Positions 1 through 11,270 of a stretch of 64,000 nt of DNA are shown one piece after another (positions within the stretch are counted from its first letter, which is position 1; every line of letters starts with the position of its first letter). Source of the DNA: Gnetum montanum (Eukaryota; Plantae; Gnetophyta); contig MNCI01001300.1 in the NCBI GenBank assembly GCA_015680685.1, positions 228,059-292,058 on the forward strand, in the 5' to 3' direction. The notes beneath the pieces are model-generated. The model searched no databases. It saw nothing but the letters and a program-made list of their open reading frames with translations, and was not told the origin of the DNA. A program made the position numbers and the translations under genes.

Positions 1-2
1 AA

Positions 3-179
3 GGAGACCTGGTTCTCAAGGCTGTGCGTGAACCAGTAGGCAAGTTCTCTGCAAACTGGGAAGGCCCTTTCTTGGTGATCGACGCATACGGCAACGGAGC
101 GTTCAGATTAGCAGACGCCAATGGCAACGAGTTAGCAAATCCTGTAAATCACATATACTTGAAGTGGTATTTCATCTAG
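3..179 (+). CDS. pol: C-terminal end of Gypsy (Tat/Ogre-type) integrase, partial at window edge
   Basis: Frame 3 reads GDLVLKAVREPVGKFSANWEGPFLVIDAYGNGAFRLADANGNELANPVNHIYLKWYFI*: GPY/F motif (KFxxNWEGPF) and the GAxxL..G..L..PxN..LKxY tail typical of Tat/Ogre integrases. Confidence 0.9.
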   Translation, partial: GDLVLKAVREPVGKFSANWEGPFLVIDAYGNGAFRLADANGNELANPVNHIYLKWYFI

Positions 180-215
180 CGGCATCTACGGTGTTGACAG
201 CAGGTATGGGCGCCA

Positions 216-700
216 CGTCCACTACGACGTAAAACTGGCACTGATCGTCCGCTATGACGTAAAACTGGCACTAATCGTCCGCTATGACATAAAACTGGCA
301 CTAAATGTCCGCTACGATGTAAAACTGGCATGCTTTGCACGCGTCCGCCACGACGCTAAACTGGAAAACGGTAACCGTCCGCTACGACGTAAAACTGGCA
401 AAGTTGTACAGGTCCGCCAAGACGAAAAACTGGCATCTTTTGCACGCGTCCGCCACGACGCTAAACTGGCACAGGTACGTAGCCGTCTGCTGAGACGTAA
501 AACTAGCACAGGTTTGTCCCTGGGTCATGACATAAAACTGACATCCACAGCACAGTCTGCTGAGACCATAAACCAGCCTTGCCACCGTCCGCTACGACGT
601 AAAACTAGCACTTCTCGGTCTGCCCGGACTTTAAACTGGGACCATGGTCTGCTGAGACTTAAAACCAGTAACGACAGTCTTCCAAGATGTAAAACTGGGA
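216..700 (+). repeat. Tat 3'-region motif array 1: ~15 copies of ~24-nt GTCCGCTACGACGTAAAACTGGCA with ~5-14 nt variable linkers
   Basis: Units directly visible at 217, 247, 277, 307, 343, 377, 412, 448, 485 and on to 700; each has (C)GTC-N6-GAC(G) followed by NNAAACTRG. Confidence 0.9.
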
Positions 701-1953
701 TGTACAGATCGTCACCATGTTCAAGCGAGCGGGATCACTCCTGTACAGTTGCACAGCAGATGGGGTGGGGTACTGAGACAGTCCCAGTGTCGCCACCTCA
801 TCGGCATCCTACTGATCCCTCGAACAAGCAAAGAGGCATCTTACTGATCCCTCGGAGATGCCGCCACCGCGCCCGCCGCAGTGGTAGCAGCTCTGGGAGT
901 TTAGCCTCGTTAGTCGGAGCCCCAACGAAATCCTCGTTGGTCATGGCCCCAGGAGTCTCTGTCAATCATCGCTATTGGACGCCGGCTTCCCAAATTCATC
1001 TGGCCGGTTCCCGGTGCAACCAGTGAGCTGGACTGCATCTGATGCCTTTTGGCGAAGGTATGCAGTGCCGAATCATCAGGATTGGCGGCTCCGCCCAAGT
1101 GCTCCAGCTCAACAGTTACAGTACATTGGCTCTGGTTAACATCAGACAGCATTGGTTCCAAGAACCTCACCTTTTGTCCATAAGCAATGGTGTCCCTTAT
1201 TTTCTTTTGTGGTTGCAGGCTACTTATCTCGGAGGATGTCATTCAAAGGTGCGTCGATATGAGTGGTGAAGTACAACAGCACGTTGAAATGGCTGCTTAG
1301 GTTTGCCCACTTAGCCTCGCACAGTCTTACCCTTATCTCTTGTTTCCTTCCGCCCCACCACCCAATTCCCATACGCAACATCTAAATACGCAAGTATTCA
1401 TTTTCCATACATGCTAGCAGAGATATCGTAGAAAGTGATGCGTAACACTCCTTCTGCATGCATTCCTGCTACAATTTGTAACAGAGACATCTCAGATTGA
1501 CGCGCTACGCTCGTCTGAAAGCATTCCTGTTGGCCTGCATAAACATACACGTCGTATTTTCTGCGAACTTGTTTCCGGTTACATCCCTTTCTCTCATATA
1601 CCCACCAGTCTTCCTCTTTCATGTCTACGGAGCAACACCTGAGTAGTCATGGATGAACGTTGTTCTTGCTTCTACCAATCCGGTGTTTCGCATTCTTTGT
1701 CGACGTCCTTCGAGCACGCCCTCTAACCGTCAACAAAGAGGGGCCATTGAAACACCGTGAAAATTACGGGTCGGCCTCAGGCAAAGGATCGCAATTCAAG
1801 CAAGAGCGCATTCCACCTTCGTTCCAGGACAAGTTTACGATCTATTACGCACGGTAGCATGATGCGTGTAATAAGCTCCAAAATAGTCAAAGGTAGGGTC
1901 TAAAGAAGCGCAACAGTTTGACGCTTTTCCTCCCAGCGCATGCATAACTTGTT

Positions 1954-2303
1954 TTTACGCTCGATACGCAGCGGTGCATATCATTGCGTATGTTATCATT
2001 CAAGTTCCTCATCATTTTACGCTTCATACGCGCAGCTGCGTAGTGAGCGTAAGGCATACATTACTTACGCTTCGTCACGCATGGCCGCGTGGTGAGCGTA
2101 AGCCGTACATTACTTACGCTTTATCACGCACAGCTGCGTAGTGAGCGTAATTTTCACATCGTTTTACGCTCTGACACGCGCAACTGCGTAGTGAGCGTAA
2201 AATTGTGTATTGCTTACGCTTCATTACGCGCAACTGCGTAGTGAGCGTAAAGCAACTCTGAGCTTATTGTTTTTACCAGATTACGCTCATATACGCAACG
2301 CAA
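1954..2303. repeat. ~50-bp tandem repeat of nested palindromic units TTACGCT-N4-ACGC-N6-GCGT-N4-AGCGTAA
   Basis: About five near-complete units at 2016-2251, e.g. ttacgcttcatacgcgcagctgcgtagtgagcgtaa; array runs into the N gap. Confidence 0.9.
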
Positions 2304-2488
2304 NNNNNNNNNNNNNNNNNNNNNNNNNNNNNNNNNNNNNNNNNNNNNNNNNNNNNNNNNNNNNNNNNNNNNNNNNNNNNNNNNNNNNNNNNNNNNNNNN
2401 NNNNNNNNNNNNNNNNNNNNNNNNNNNNNNNNNNNNNNNNNNNNNNNNNNNNNNNNNNNNNNNNNNNNNNNNNNNNNNNNNNNNNNNN
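2304..2488. other. Assembly gap (185 N)
   Basis: Run of N. Confidence 0.99.
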
Positions 2489-2959
2489 AGACGTCGAAGC
2501 TTGGCCTGCCTTGCATCTCAGCTTAGCCCACGAGGTAGATCGAACTTCTGTTCAGACCGTTTTGCTTGTTGTTTTGTGCTTGTTTCACATCTTGTAATCG
2601 GGGATTCCCCAGTGTAATTTCTCACACGAAATATACATTTGTAAGTCAAAGCGCGGATCTTAAAGCTACGTGTTTCTCTTTTGCCAGCCTCTTTTCATCG
2701 TGTTTAGCATTATCGCCGTCGCGATCCGATCACATCGCTTTCCCTTTGTTTTTATGGCCCCTCGAATCAGATCGCTTTCTTTCACGCGCTTTACATTATT
2801 TTACTGACCCGTAAGTCCCTGTCTGATCGACAAGACCATTCAGGGCGCCGCGGATTCGTTTTTCCAGCATAGCCCTCGCGCGGATCCGTGGCTAAAACTG
2901 TGTACGCCGGAATATTGATCGGTATTTCCAGCTGCCGACATTTTCTGTCGTTACAGATC

Positions 2960-4621
2960 CCATTGTTCAGCTTATAGGGTGATGAACGTTTCCTGGAGTC
3001 TCTGTAGCTCATCTTTTGGATGTTTGACCCTAACCTCAGCCATGATCAGCTTTCCTTTAGTGGAAATGAGGTCTGATTGTACTGTTGTAACATCTTTAGG
3101 GATGTCAAACAAGGATTTCATAACTTGTCCTATCTATAAGAAGCGATCCAAAGCATCCTCATGTTTTGTAGGAGTCATCGAGGTATTGGCCAAAACTTGA
3201 GCATCATGTGCTCTTGTGAAGTTTGCTGGTGGCACAATAGGAATGTTAAACAATTCTTGGATGTGGTTTATGACCACCTCTGCTACTCCAGCTGCATCTT
3301 GGTGTTGCATGACCACCATTGTGGCACCTTCACCAGTTTCCAATTACACTTGCAATGATGTAGCATTTCTAGAGATCTATTGTGACTAATGTGATTCCAC
3401 TCCTCTTTATTAGATTGAGACTTCACTCCTTATAGGATCAATTGATATGGTGGGCTGTACAACATCATTGATCACCTTGAAGAGATTGGCCTTGTATCTT
3501 CTCCCCCAACTGACTGTCTTAGCGATGGCCTTGAGATGGCTCATCGATGGTCGATAATCTTACAATGTCTATGGCGGTTACTAGTCTTGCTAGCTTGTGG
3601 GCTATGTGCTAGGCCCTGCTTCTTGTTGTTGGCTAGGCCTTATCATTTAAGGTGTAGTGGGTTCAACCATCTATTTTTGTTCAGGCTCCAACATCTCACC
3701 AACATCTTTTCTTGGTGCTAGTGGCTTGAGTAATTCAGCATATGAAGCATTTTGAGCTTTTCTAAGGACTTCATTGGTGTACCCCAGAATTCTAGAATGC
3801 CGGCACAACTTCCTAATTGGACATGGAAAAGGCAATGCAAAATTTCCTATCTTTTACTCTTCAAACTACCTTAATATTTCTGTTAAATATAGATGGGGAA
3901 AATTGGCATCAACCTTTCCCATCAAAATTACACTTCCTCTTGCCACATAGGTAGAAATTCTATTTAACCCCTTTGTTGGGAAAATATGATAAATGCCAAT
4001 TTTAAAGTAAATTTTTTCTTCAAGGGTTAATTCTTCATATTTTTTATCTTCTTTTTGGTACATCCTTTTTAACCATACTTTCCTTGCATCTGCATCAGAG
4101 CGAGTGGACAAATGAGAAACCTTGTGCCCTCTATTTGGAAGATTCAAAACTTCTACAATGGCATTTGTGGAGAAATCTACTGAAATTCCACCAATATCGA
4201 TGGTGGTTCCATCTTATTTATTGTGCTAAAATTGATATGTTTCACCCAAATACCATTCTTCACTATCCAAGAGGATAGGCCATAGTGGAGATCCCTTAAG
4301 TAGATCCTTGACTGGTTCAGGGGTGAATTCAGTAAAAGGCCCAAAATTAAGTTCCACAATCATGGCAGAGGATGTGTACCTTTCCTGAATGGCTTGAACA
4401 CATTTTGAGGACAATGTGAGGTGTTGTCCTTGTTCTAGTGCCCTGACCTCTCCACCTTCTGGTTGGCCAAATTGTGTAGTGGCAAAAGTTTCTTGGTGGA
4501 TGCTGAATGATTGTGCCTCCTGCTTTACATGTTCTGCATGAGGTCCTTGGCCTCTACCTCTTCTGGGGCATTTAGTTGCACCTTGAGAAGGTCCTCCATG
4601 CTATCCTCTTTTAAGAGCCAT
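2960..4621 (-). pseudogene. Athila env-like/extra ORF, disrupted
   Basis: Starts MALKRG at 4621 directly after an AG acceptor; ORF pieces 4226-4414, 3866-4147 (KIYFKIGIYHIFPTKGLNRISTYVARGSVILMGKVDANFPHLYLTEILR), 3134-3343; position downstream of gag as in Athila. Confidence 0.6.
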
Positions 4622-6533
4622 CTATAATCACACAAGAAACAATTGTTAGTAAGGTTATTTAAATAAATGTGGTTATCTTATACCTTACTCAATGCCTTTA
4701 ATAAACATTTAATTTTTTGCTTAGTATGATTCTAAAGTTAGAAATTTTTTAAGGAAGTTTTCCTAAAAGTGTAATGTTAGACCTAATCTATTTAGGTGGC
4801 ACATATAATAACTTAGATGACTTAGGTGAAGGCAGAAAATTAGTTTGGCATGAATTTCTAGGAGTACTTACCCCTATGATATCCTTTAGGCCATAGCAAG
4901 TTTCAAAAAAAAATAAAAAATTATGCACAAGTTGTACTGTACCCCTCCCTCACAACTAGGTTGAACACTATGAGTTTAATTAGGTTTAATCGGAAAAGAA
5001 ATTGGACTATTAGAGAGCAAAATATTGAAAGTTGAAGTTAGACTCATGAAGCTTTGAAAATCATGGAAGAAAATTTGAACAAATTCCCCCACATCAATTA
5101 TTAAAAATGATGTGTGTAGTATGTAGGGGTCTCATATATATACTTTTTATGGACATGATATCACGTATGTGATCATGCATACTTGATATTACATCGGACC
5201 AGATACTGGATACCCAATATTGCATCCCAACCAAGATAGGATACTTAGTAAAATTGATGATTGTTTGAGTTTTAGGGCCAAAATTGAAGGATTTGAGGTA
5301 GATTCAAATGGTCTAGGTAATGACAAGTGGGAATTGAGACACCAAAAGTATAGTGAAGTGGAGTCATATAATGAAATTCTTCAAAAAGGATGAGGAAAAA
5401 GGACATGTAATGGTTCTAAAGAATGTTCAATTAAAATGGTGACAAAGGAAAGAATAGATTTGACAATGGAGTACTTGGAGGGTATAAAATGATGTGGTGG
5501 TGTGCAACAAGTAAAAATTACAAAAGTCACACAAGTAAGTCCTCTCCAAAGCAAGTTTCAACCTAGCATGCCCTTGTATAACCACACCTTAAAATGTCCA
5601 TAAGCACTAGAAGGGTTAAATGCAACCTGCACCTATCGAACAAAACACACACATGTTAAGCACCACCACTATGAGGTATGAATTCTATGCCACACAAGAC
5701 ACAAATTAGTAGTACTTGGACCATGAGATGAGACAAATTGTAGATGGGATTGTAGAGATTGGGACGTGAGGTAACTTACCCTAGGCATAATGAATCCTAA
5801 GTGTTGTGCCTAATTAAAGTACCATTAGCCTTTTGATCCAAGATAAAAACCATGTCCATGCCTCTGATCAGTGACATCGCATTATTTTATCCTAATGATA
5901 GACAACCATAAGAGCATCATGACAGTAAGGTGTATGATCACTTGGCATTTTGTGCAAGGGAGGAGTGATTTAAATTTGTTTTTTGCATGTTTTTCTTGAG
6001 CTTTTCTTTTTTGCTTCACTTCTTTCTTTTCTTCTTTGCATTTTTTTTCTTTTTTTTTCTTTTGGTTGCTTTTGCACTTTGTCTTTTCAAAGGTGATTTG
6101 GTGAAGCCACCAACCTTTAGGCATGGATGCATGTCTTTCTAGTGGGACCCCCCTAGAACAACATTGAGTTTCTTTATTGAGTACCTTGATTACAACTCTT
6201 ACTTCCATTATTTTTTATATCTACAAGGATCTTAGTACAACCAAGCTGCATGATGGCATAAACAAATGTCACCAAAGAGAATCGACAAGTCCCCTTGATG
6301 TCACACCCTTGCCATTCCTTCTTAGTCCATCACTCTTCACTCTAGGCATAATGAGTACAAAGTTACTTTAAGTTTTGATGATAACAAGAATATCATCATA
6401 CATAGAGTAAGAACCTCTTATTTATAGAATGGGTGGGTGGATGTTGTGGTTCACTGTCCAAATAATTAATCATTTGTAACTCAATAACATCGAAAAATGC
6501 CTCAACTGACTCGTTACAGATGAGATTATCCAC

Positions 6534-7329
6534 TGATGAGTGGCGAGATACCCCTACACTCAACCATACAAATTCGAGCATAGCACGTGCGATCTGGTTG
6601 AACTCCGCAGACTAAGTGCCTACACACCCCATGGAACACTTAGGGTTAATCATTCGTTGTCTTCCCAGACTTACTTGTAGTTGTCACGGAGTATGGTTAA
6701 GTAAGTTTGAGGTATATGATTTTTATAGTTTTTATGTTTTACCTCCTATGCTATTGAGTTTAAGGGTTGAGAAACTAATTACTAACTCTAACTAATGAAC
6801 TAAGTCTAAATTACCTAGCGTCAGCATCCGTTCCCACTTACCATACACACCTTGAACCGATGCAACCGTGGCTACCAAATGCTAATCGTTGCTGGGATCA
6901 CCACGTGTAACGCACGTGCTCGAAGTGGTCATACTGAGGCACTTAACTAGGAGAGAAGGGTTGAGAGAGAAAATAATAAATAACAAGTAATAAATAACAG
7001 GTAATAAATAACAATAATAAAATCCTATTCCATGCATTGCAAGGTTTATCCGGAAAGCTTGTCTTTATTGCTGTACACAAACTTGTGTTCAGGTACAATG
7101 TTTGCTCGAATAAAGATCTGATCACTTTGGGACTCCTACTGTGGGCACATGGAAAATATTCTATCTCTGGAGTGATCAATCTGCCAGAGTTTCCCTACTA
7201 TCTAGCCTAGGATGAGGAAACAAGGGAGAGTTGCCTCTTATTTATAGATATGACGGCACACCACGATCTCGCATATGCAATATCATGGGGGAGGATGCGA
7301 TATCACGTACGCAATATCACGTCCCATCA
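6534..7329 (-). mobile_element. Athila-family solo LTR nested in element 1
   Basis: TGATG...CATCA termini; shares the GAGTGTAGGGGT..CTCGCCACTCATCA end with the LTRs at 9987, 14584 and 19988; flanks TCCAC (6529-6533)/CCCAC (7330-7334) fit a 5-bp TSD with one mismatch; no PBS adjacent. Confidence 0.85.
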
Positions 7330-7419
7330 CCCACAAAAAGATAAAATGAAAAATTGGAAAATGAAAAATTAGAAAACAAAAAATTGTAAAACCAAAGAAA
7401 AGAAAAAACATTTACTAAT

Positions 7420-9852
7420 TTTGTTTGTTAGAATGGGTGGTTTTCCCAGATGACTAAACCTTTGATCATGGTGAGAATTAATAAATGGAAAGTTAGGATC
7501 CATGCATGTTGGAAATATTGGGGTCATGGCAAGAATGTACCCAAATTGGGGTTTACACACTTGATTAAAGTAGGCATAATGGGGTAGATTATAAGATGTG
7601 GTCATGTGATAAGAAGTTGACCCACTATGACACTTGTGACCATAGTATAGTATGCAAGGATTGATATGTTCCCTTATGTTGTTATATTCATTGGGTTGCA
7701 TGGTTGTTGGAGGATTAATTGGTGGTCTAGAGAAGGTAACAAGAGGTGTTGAGTTTGAAGAGGAAGGTGCATCATGGTGTTGGGCTTGTGTTGAGTTAGA
7801 GGATGTAGTGGTTTCAGAACCGTGCTGTCTCTTTCTACAACCATGCCTAAAGAAAGGGTGCTTCTAACATTGTGGAGGATTCCCACTACTATTGATAGTA
7901 GTAGCACAAGTAATGTTCATTGGTTGGTGCTATGGTGCAAAACCTACTAGTACAATTGGTGGCAATGTAGAAGGAGGTGAAAGGTGAGAATATTGAGAGT
8001 AAGGAGGAGTGTAAGGAATATGAGGTGGTGATCTTGTAGGAGAGGACATGGGTTGATGATACTTGGGAGAGTGATAATGATGAGGTGAAGTAGAGGATGT
8101 TGATCTAGTTGGAGAAATAGGATGTTGAACATAATAAGCACTTGGTTACGGGTGATACAAAGGGTGTGGCCAGTTTGGCGATGGCCTCCCCCATGACTAG
8201 GGGTTTTGCCACTATGGTTGAGCATAGTACTAAGGCTGGTAAGAATTCGCCCATGGATAGTACGATGAGTTGTGGAATTGCCCATAAATTTATGGGATAG
8301 GGATGTGCCCAACCATGTACTTCTATATGAAATGTGGATGTAACATTCTTCTCCAATGCTTATGTAGATGTGACAAGATTAGGCATTGGCCGTTTGGGTG
8401 ATTGTATAGGTAAACATCACATTGATACTTATGATTTGTGATTAAGCCCCTATCCTCATTTTCTTCAAGCCTTTTTTCTGATTATCAAATGGTGTTCTAT
8501 CCTATTTCTAGGTTTGGTATCCTTTGCTTGTTTTGGTTGTCAAATTTATCTTGCATGGGTCTCCCTCTAATAATGTCTACATATTCTCCACATTTTTCAT
8601 GTACCCACTTTGTCATCTTGTTGATCTTTGCCTTGATTTCATTTAGTGATTTCAATATTGGCAAAGGTAGGGATGGTTTCACCTCCTTGAGGTGAGTTGA
8701 TTTCTCCCCTTCATGATTATGGACCTTTGTTATTTCAAGAGTTTGGTCCTGTTGAGATTTTTTAACATTCTCCCATTTGGCTATTTCTCCTTCTTCTTTT
8801 GCTACCAAATTAATAAGCTCTTGGAATTGATGGGTTCGTAGTTCATATAGTTGACTTGGGACATACATCCCTAGGTTCTCCCTTATTTTATTACAGAGCC
8901 CATCCATGATGTGATACATTAGCCTTTCCTCAGAGAATCCATGGCCTAGGCATTTCTTTAACAAAGAGTAATATCTTTCTAAGGCAATGTCCAATGGTTC
9001 ATGTTGCCCTTGTTTCCACTCTTGGATTTTTCTCCTTAAGGCTAACACTCTTGCACAAGTTTGATATATTTCTTTGAAGAGGTTTACCACTGTAGGCCAT
9101 TGGTGAATTAAATTTGATTTTAAAGACCTGTACCACACTTTTGCTTGGCCAATGAGTATCATAGGGAAGAGCTTAAGCCTTTGCCATCCATTCTTAATGT
9201 TGTTCCATATATAGGCATCATAGAAGGCTTGTAAATGATGTTGTAGATCTGAATCATATCCTCCTGAGAACTTAGGAAAGTTATTTAAATCAAGCATGGG
9301 TAGATGAATTTCCTTGTGATGCCTACAGGATATCTGAATGGCCTCTGTTATATGAATTAGGCTCTTAGTGGCCATTAGGGGTTCATTGTCACTAAATAGG
9401 TTATGAGTTCGTGAGCTAGGACAATGTTGTCTATGTTCATGTTGGCATTCTTGATTTTGCCTATGGGTTTGATTTTTATTTCTATGCAGACCCCTTAAGG
9501 AATAGTCATCTATGTCACAACCTAACATTGAAAGAGCAGAGAAAGAGAGAGAACTGGAAGACTCATCATGACTTTCGTAAGTCTCCCAATCATCCCTTGA
9601 TGTACTCTTGCCACCCATTGAGAAGGTCCTAGGCCTTATGGGCCTCCTCTCTCTAGGGGATGTCCCATCTTCACTAGAGGTGTTTGAGTTGGATGGAAAA
9701 ATTCCTTAAGTATCATTGGGATGTCTATGAACATATGAAACTCCTGCATAAGCTTGAGTACTCCAAACTTCTTCTTCATCATAAATTTCATTGGTTCTCT
9801 AATGAATTGCCTCACTAGATGTTGCGTTATTGCTGTCTTGTGAAAGAGACAT
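7420..9852 (-). pseudogene. gag: Athila gag with Zn-knuckle remnant and Pro/Ser/His/Tyr-rich tail, disrupted
   Basis: 373-aa ORF 8497-9618 has the Retrotrans_gag-type core FPKFSGGYDSDLQHHLQAF..LKLFPMILIGQAKVWYRSL..W; QCDVYLYNHPNGQC near 8385-8430; collinear with gag at 14731-16921. Confidence 0.85.
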
Positions 9853-9967
9853 TTTTGTGAATTGTGTTTGAACTAATTAAATGTAATTTCTTTTTCTAAA
9901 AGATACATTGTTAATACCTTGTTACAGTGATCTTGTATGATATAACTAATCTAGATAACTAGCACCA

Positions 9968-9985
9968 TCCCCAGCAACAACGCCA
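9968..9985 (-). promoter_or_regulatory. Primer binding site, tRNA-Asp type
   Basis: Minus strand TGGCGTTGTTGCTGGGGA, close to the Athila consensus TGGCGCCGTTGCCGGGGA, 1 nt from the LTR end. Confidence 0.85.
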
Positions 9986-11270
9986 ATGATGAGTGGCAAG
10001 GTACCCCTACACTCAACCATACAAATACAAGTGTGTACGTGCAATCTGGTCAAACTCCATAGATGGACTAGTTGTGGCATCTAGATAGTTATGCATTGAT
10101 CGCAATTTGTTGTCTTCCTACTTGGACTAGTATTTACTTTATCACATATGGTTTAGTCAAGAGTGAGGTGTATGATGTGATCCCTACTACTATGCTACTC
10201 TTAAGGATAATAAGAGATAAGTTAATTAAAATAATGGGCAATAGGAAATAAGTTCTAAGCTAGCCTAAGGGTGATGAGCATCTATCCTTAATCATCCTTA
10301 TGCATCTTGGACTTCGTATACTACTTCTAGGATTACCAACTGCACATCACTTGAAGCACTACTTGATACGCTACTATGTTACCACGTAGTTACACTTAAA
10401 TCTTTGTGATTAATGTGTTATCATTCTATGTTAACAAAAAGAATAGTAAATGATGATAAAAGAAATATTAACTAAGAAAACAAAAATAAATAATTAACAA
10501 TTAAAATAATTAAAGGCTAAGTAAATGCTATAATGATAGAGTAATCTTGATCTTTATTGCCAATTGTGTGCGTGTCCAAGTACGTCACACTCGAATAAAT
10601 TTTTTGTACAATTACGAGCATCACACTGTGGGCATGCACTAAGAATAACTAAAAGCTAATTTTTCTAATGATCTAACTACTAACTAATGATCTAACTAAA
10701 TTTTCTAAAGAACTTCTTTTAATGAAGGATATTTGACTACTAATTTTTCTAGATCATGTACCATTTGGAGTAAATTTTCTACATAAGATTAATAAAAATT
10801 GATAAGGTGAATATCTTTCACCTATGGTACAACATTTTTGCTTTGAAATAAATATTGGTATTAAAAAAAAACTCTCTTAAAAAAAACTCTCTATCTTAAA
10901 TCCTTTTGCTATTTTAAGTTTAAGTATGTGATGAGTCATGAATTGCTGGCTATGATATCATAGCCGTGATATCACAACAACCGCGATATCGTGGCCCGCT
11001 GCAAGTTCTATAAATAATAGGTGGCTTTTCCTTTTCTTTTCCATCTAGATTTAGATCCTTAGCCAAACTATAGCAGTTTTACCATTCCAAAGTTAGAGTA
11101 ATTTCCATGTGCCCACAGTAGGAATCTTAAAGTGAACGGATCTCTACTCGAGCAAATTGTACCTGAGCACATATTTGTGTATGGGAATAAAGATGAAATT
11201 TCTGATAAACCTTGTAGCATATGGACTAAGCTAAATAGGAATTAATTACTATTAATATTTAAATGCTTTC

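Larger units (their letters stand above)
2960..10700 (-). mobile_element. Athila-type element 1 (5' LTR - PBS - gag - noncoding - env-like; no pol; 3' LTR not seen)
   Basis: LTR end CTCATCA plus tRNA-Asp PBS at 9968-9993 (minus); gag ORF 8497-9618; env-like ORF from 4621; both outer boundaries approximate. Confidence 0.8.

Noticed and set aside
216-700. CRISPR array (24-nt repeats with variable spacers)
   Set aside because: Linkers are only ~5-14 nt and partly repeated, repeats are degenerate, there are no cas genes, and the context is a plant retrotransposon 3' region
312-1026. ORFs 312-509, 382-585 and 514-1026 as genes
   Set aside because: By-products of a GC-rich repeat array; repetitive peptides with no domain
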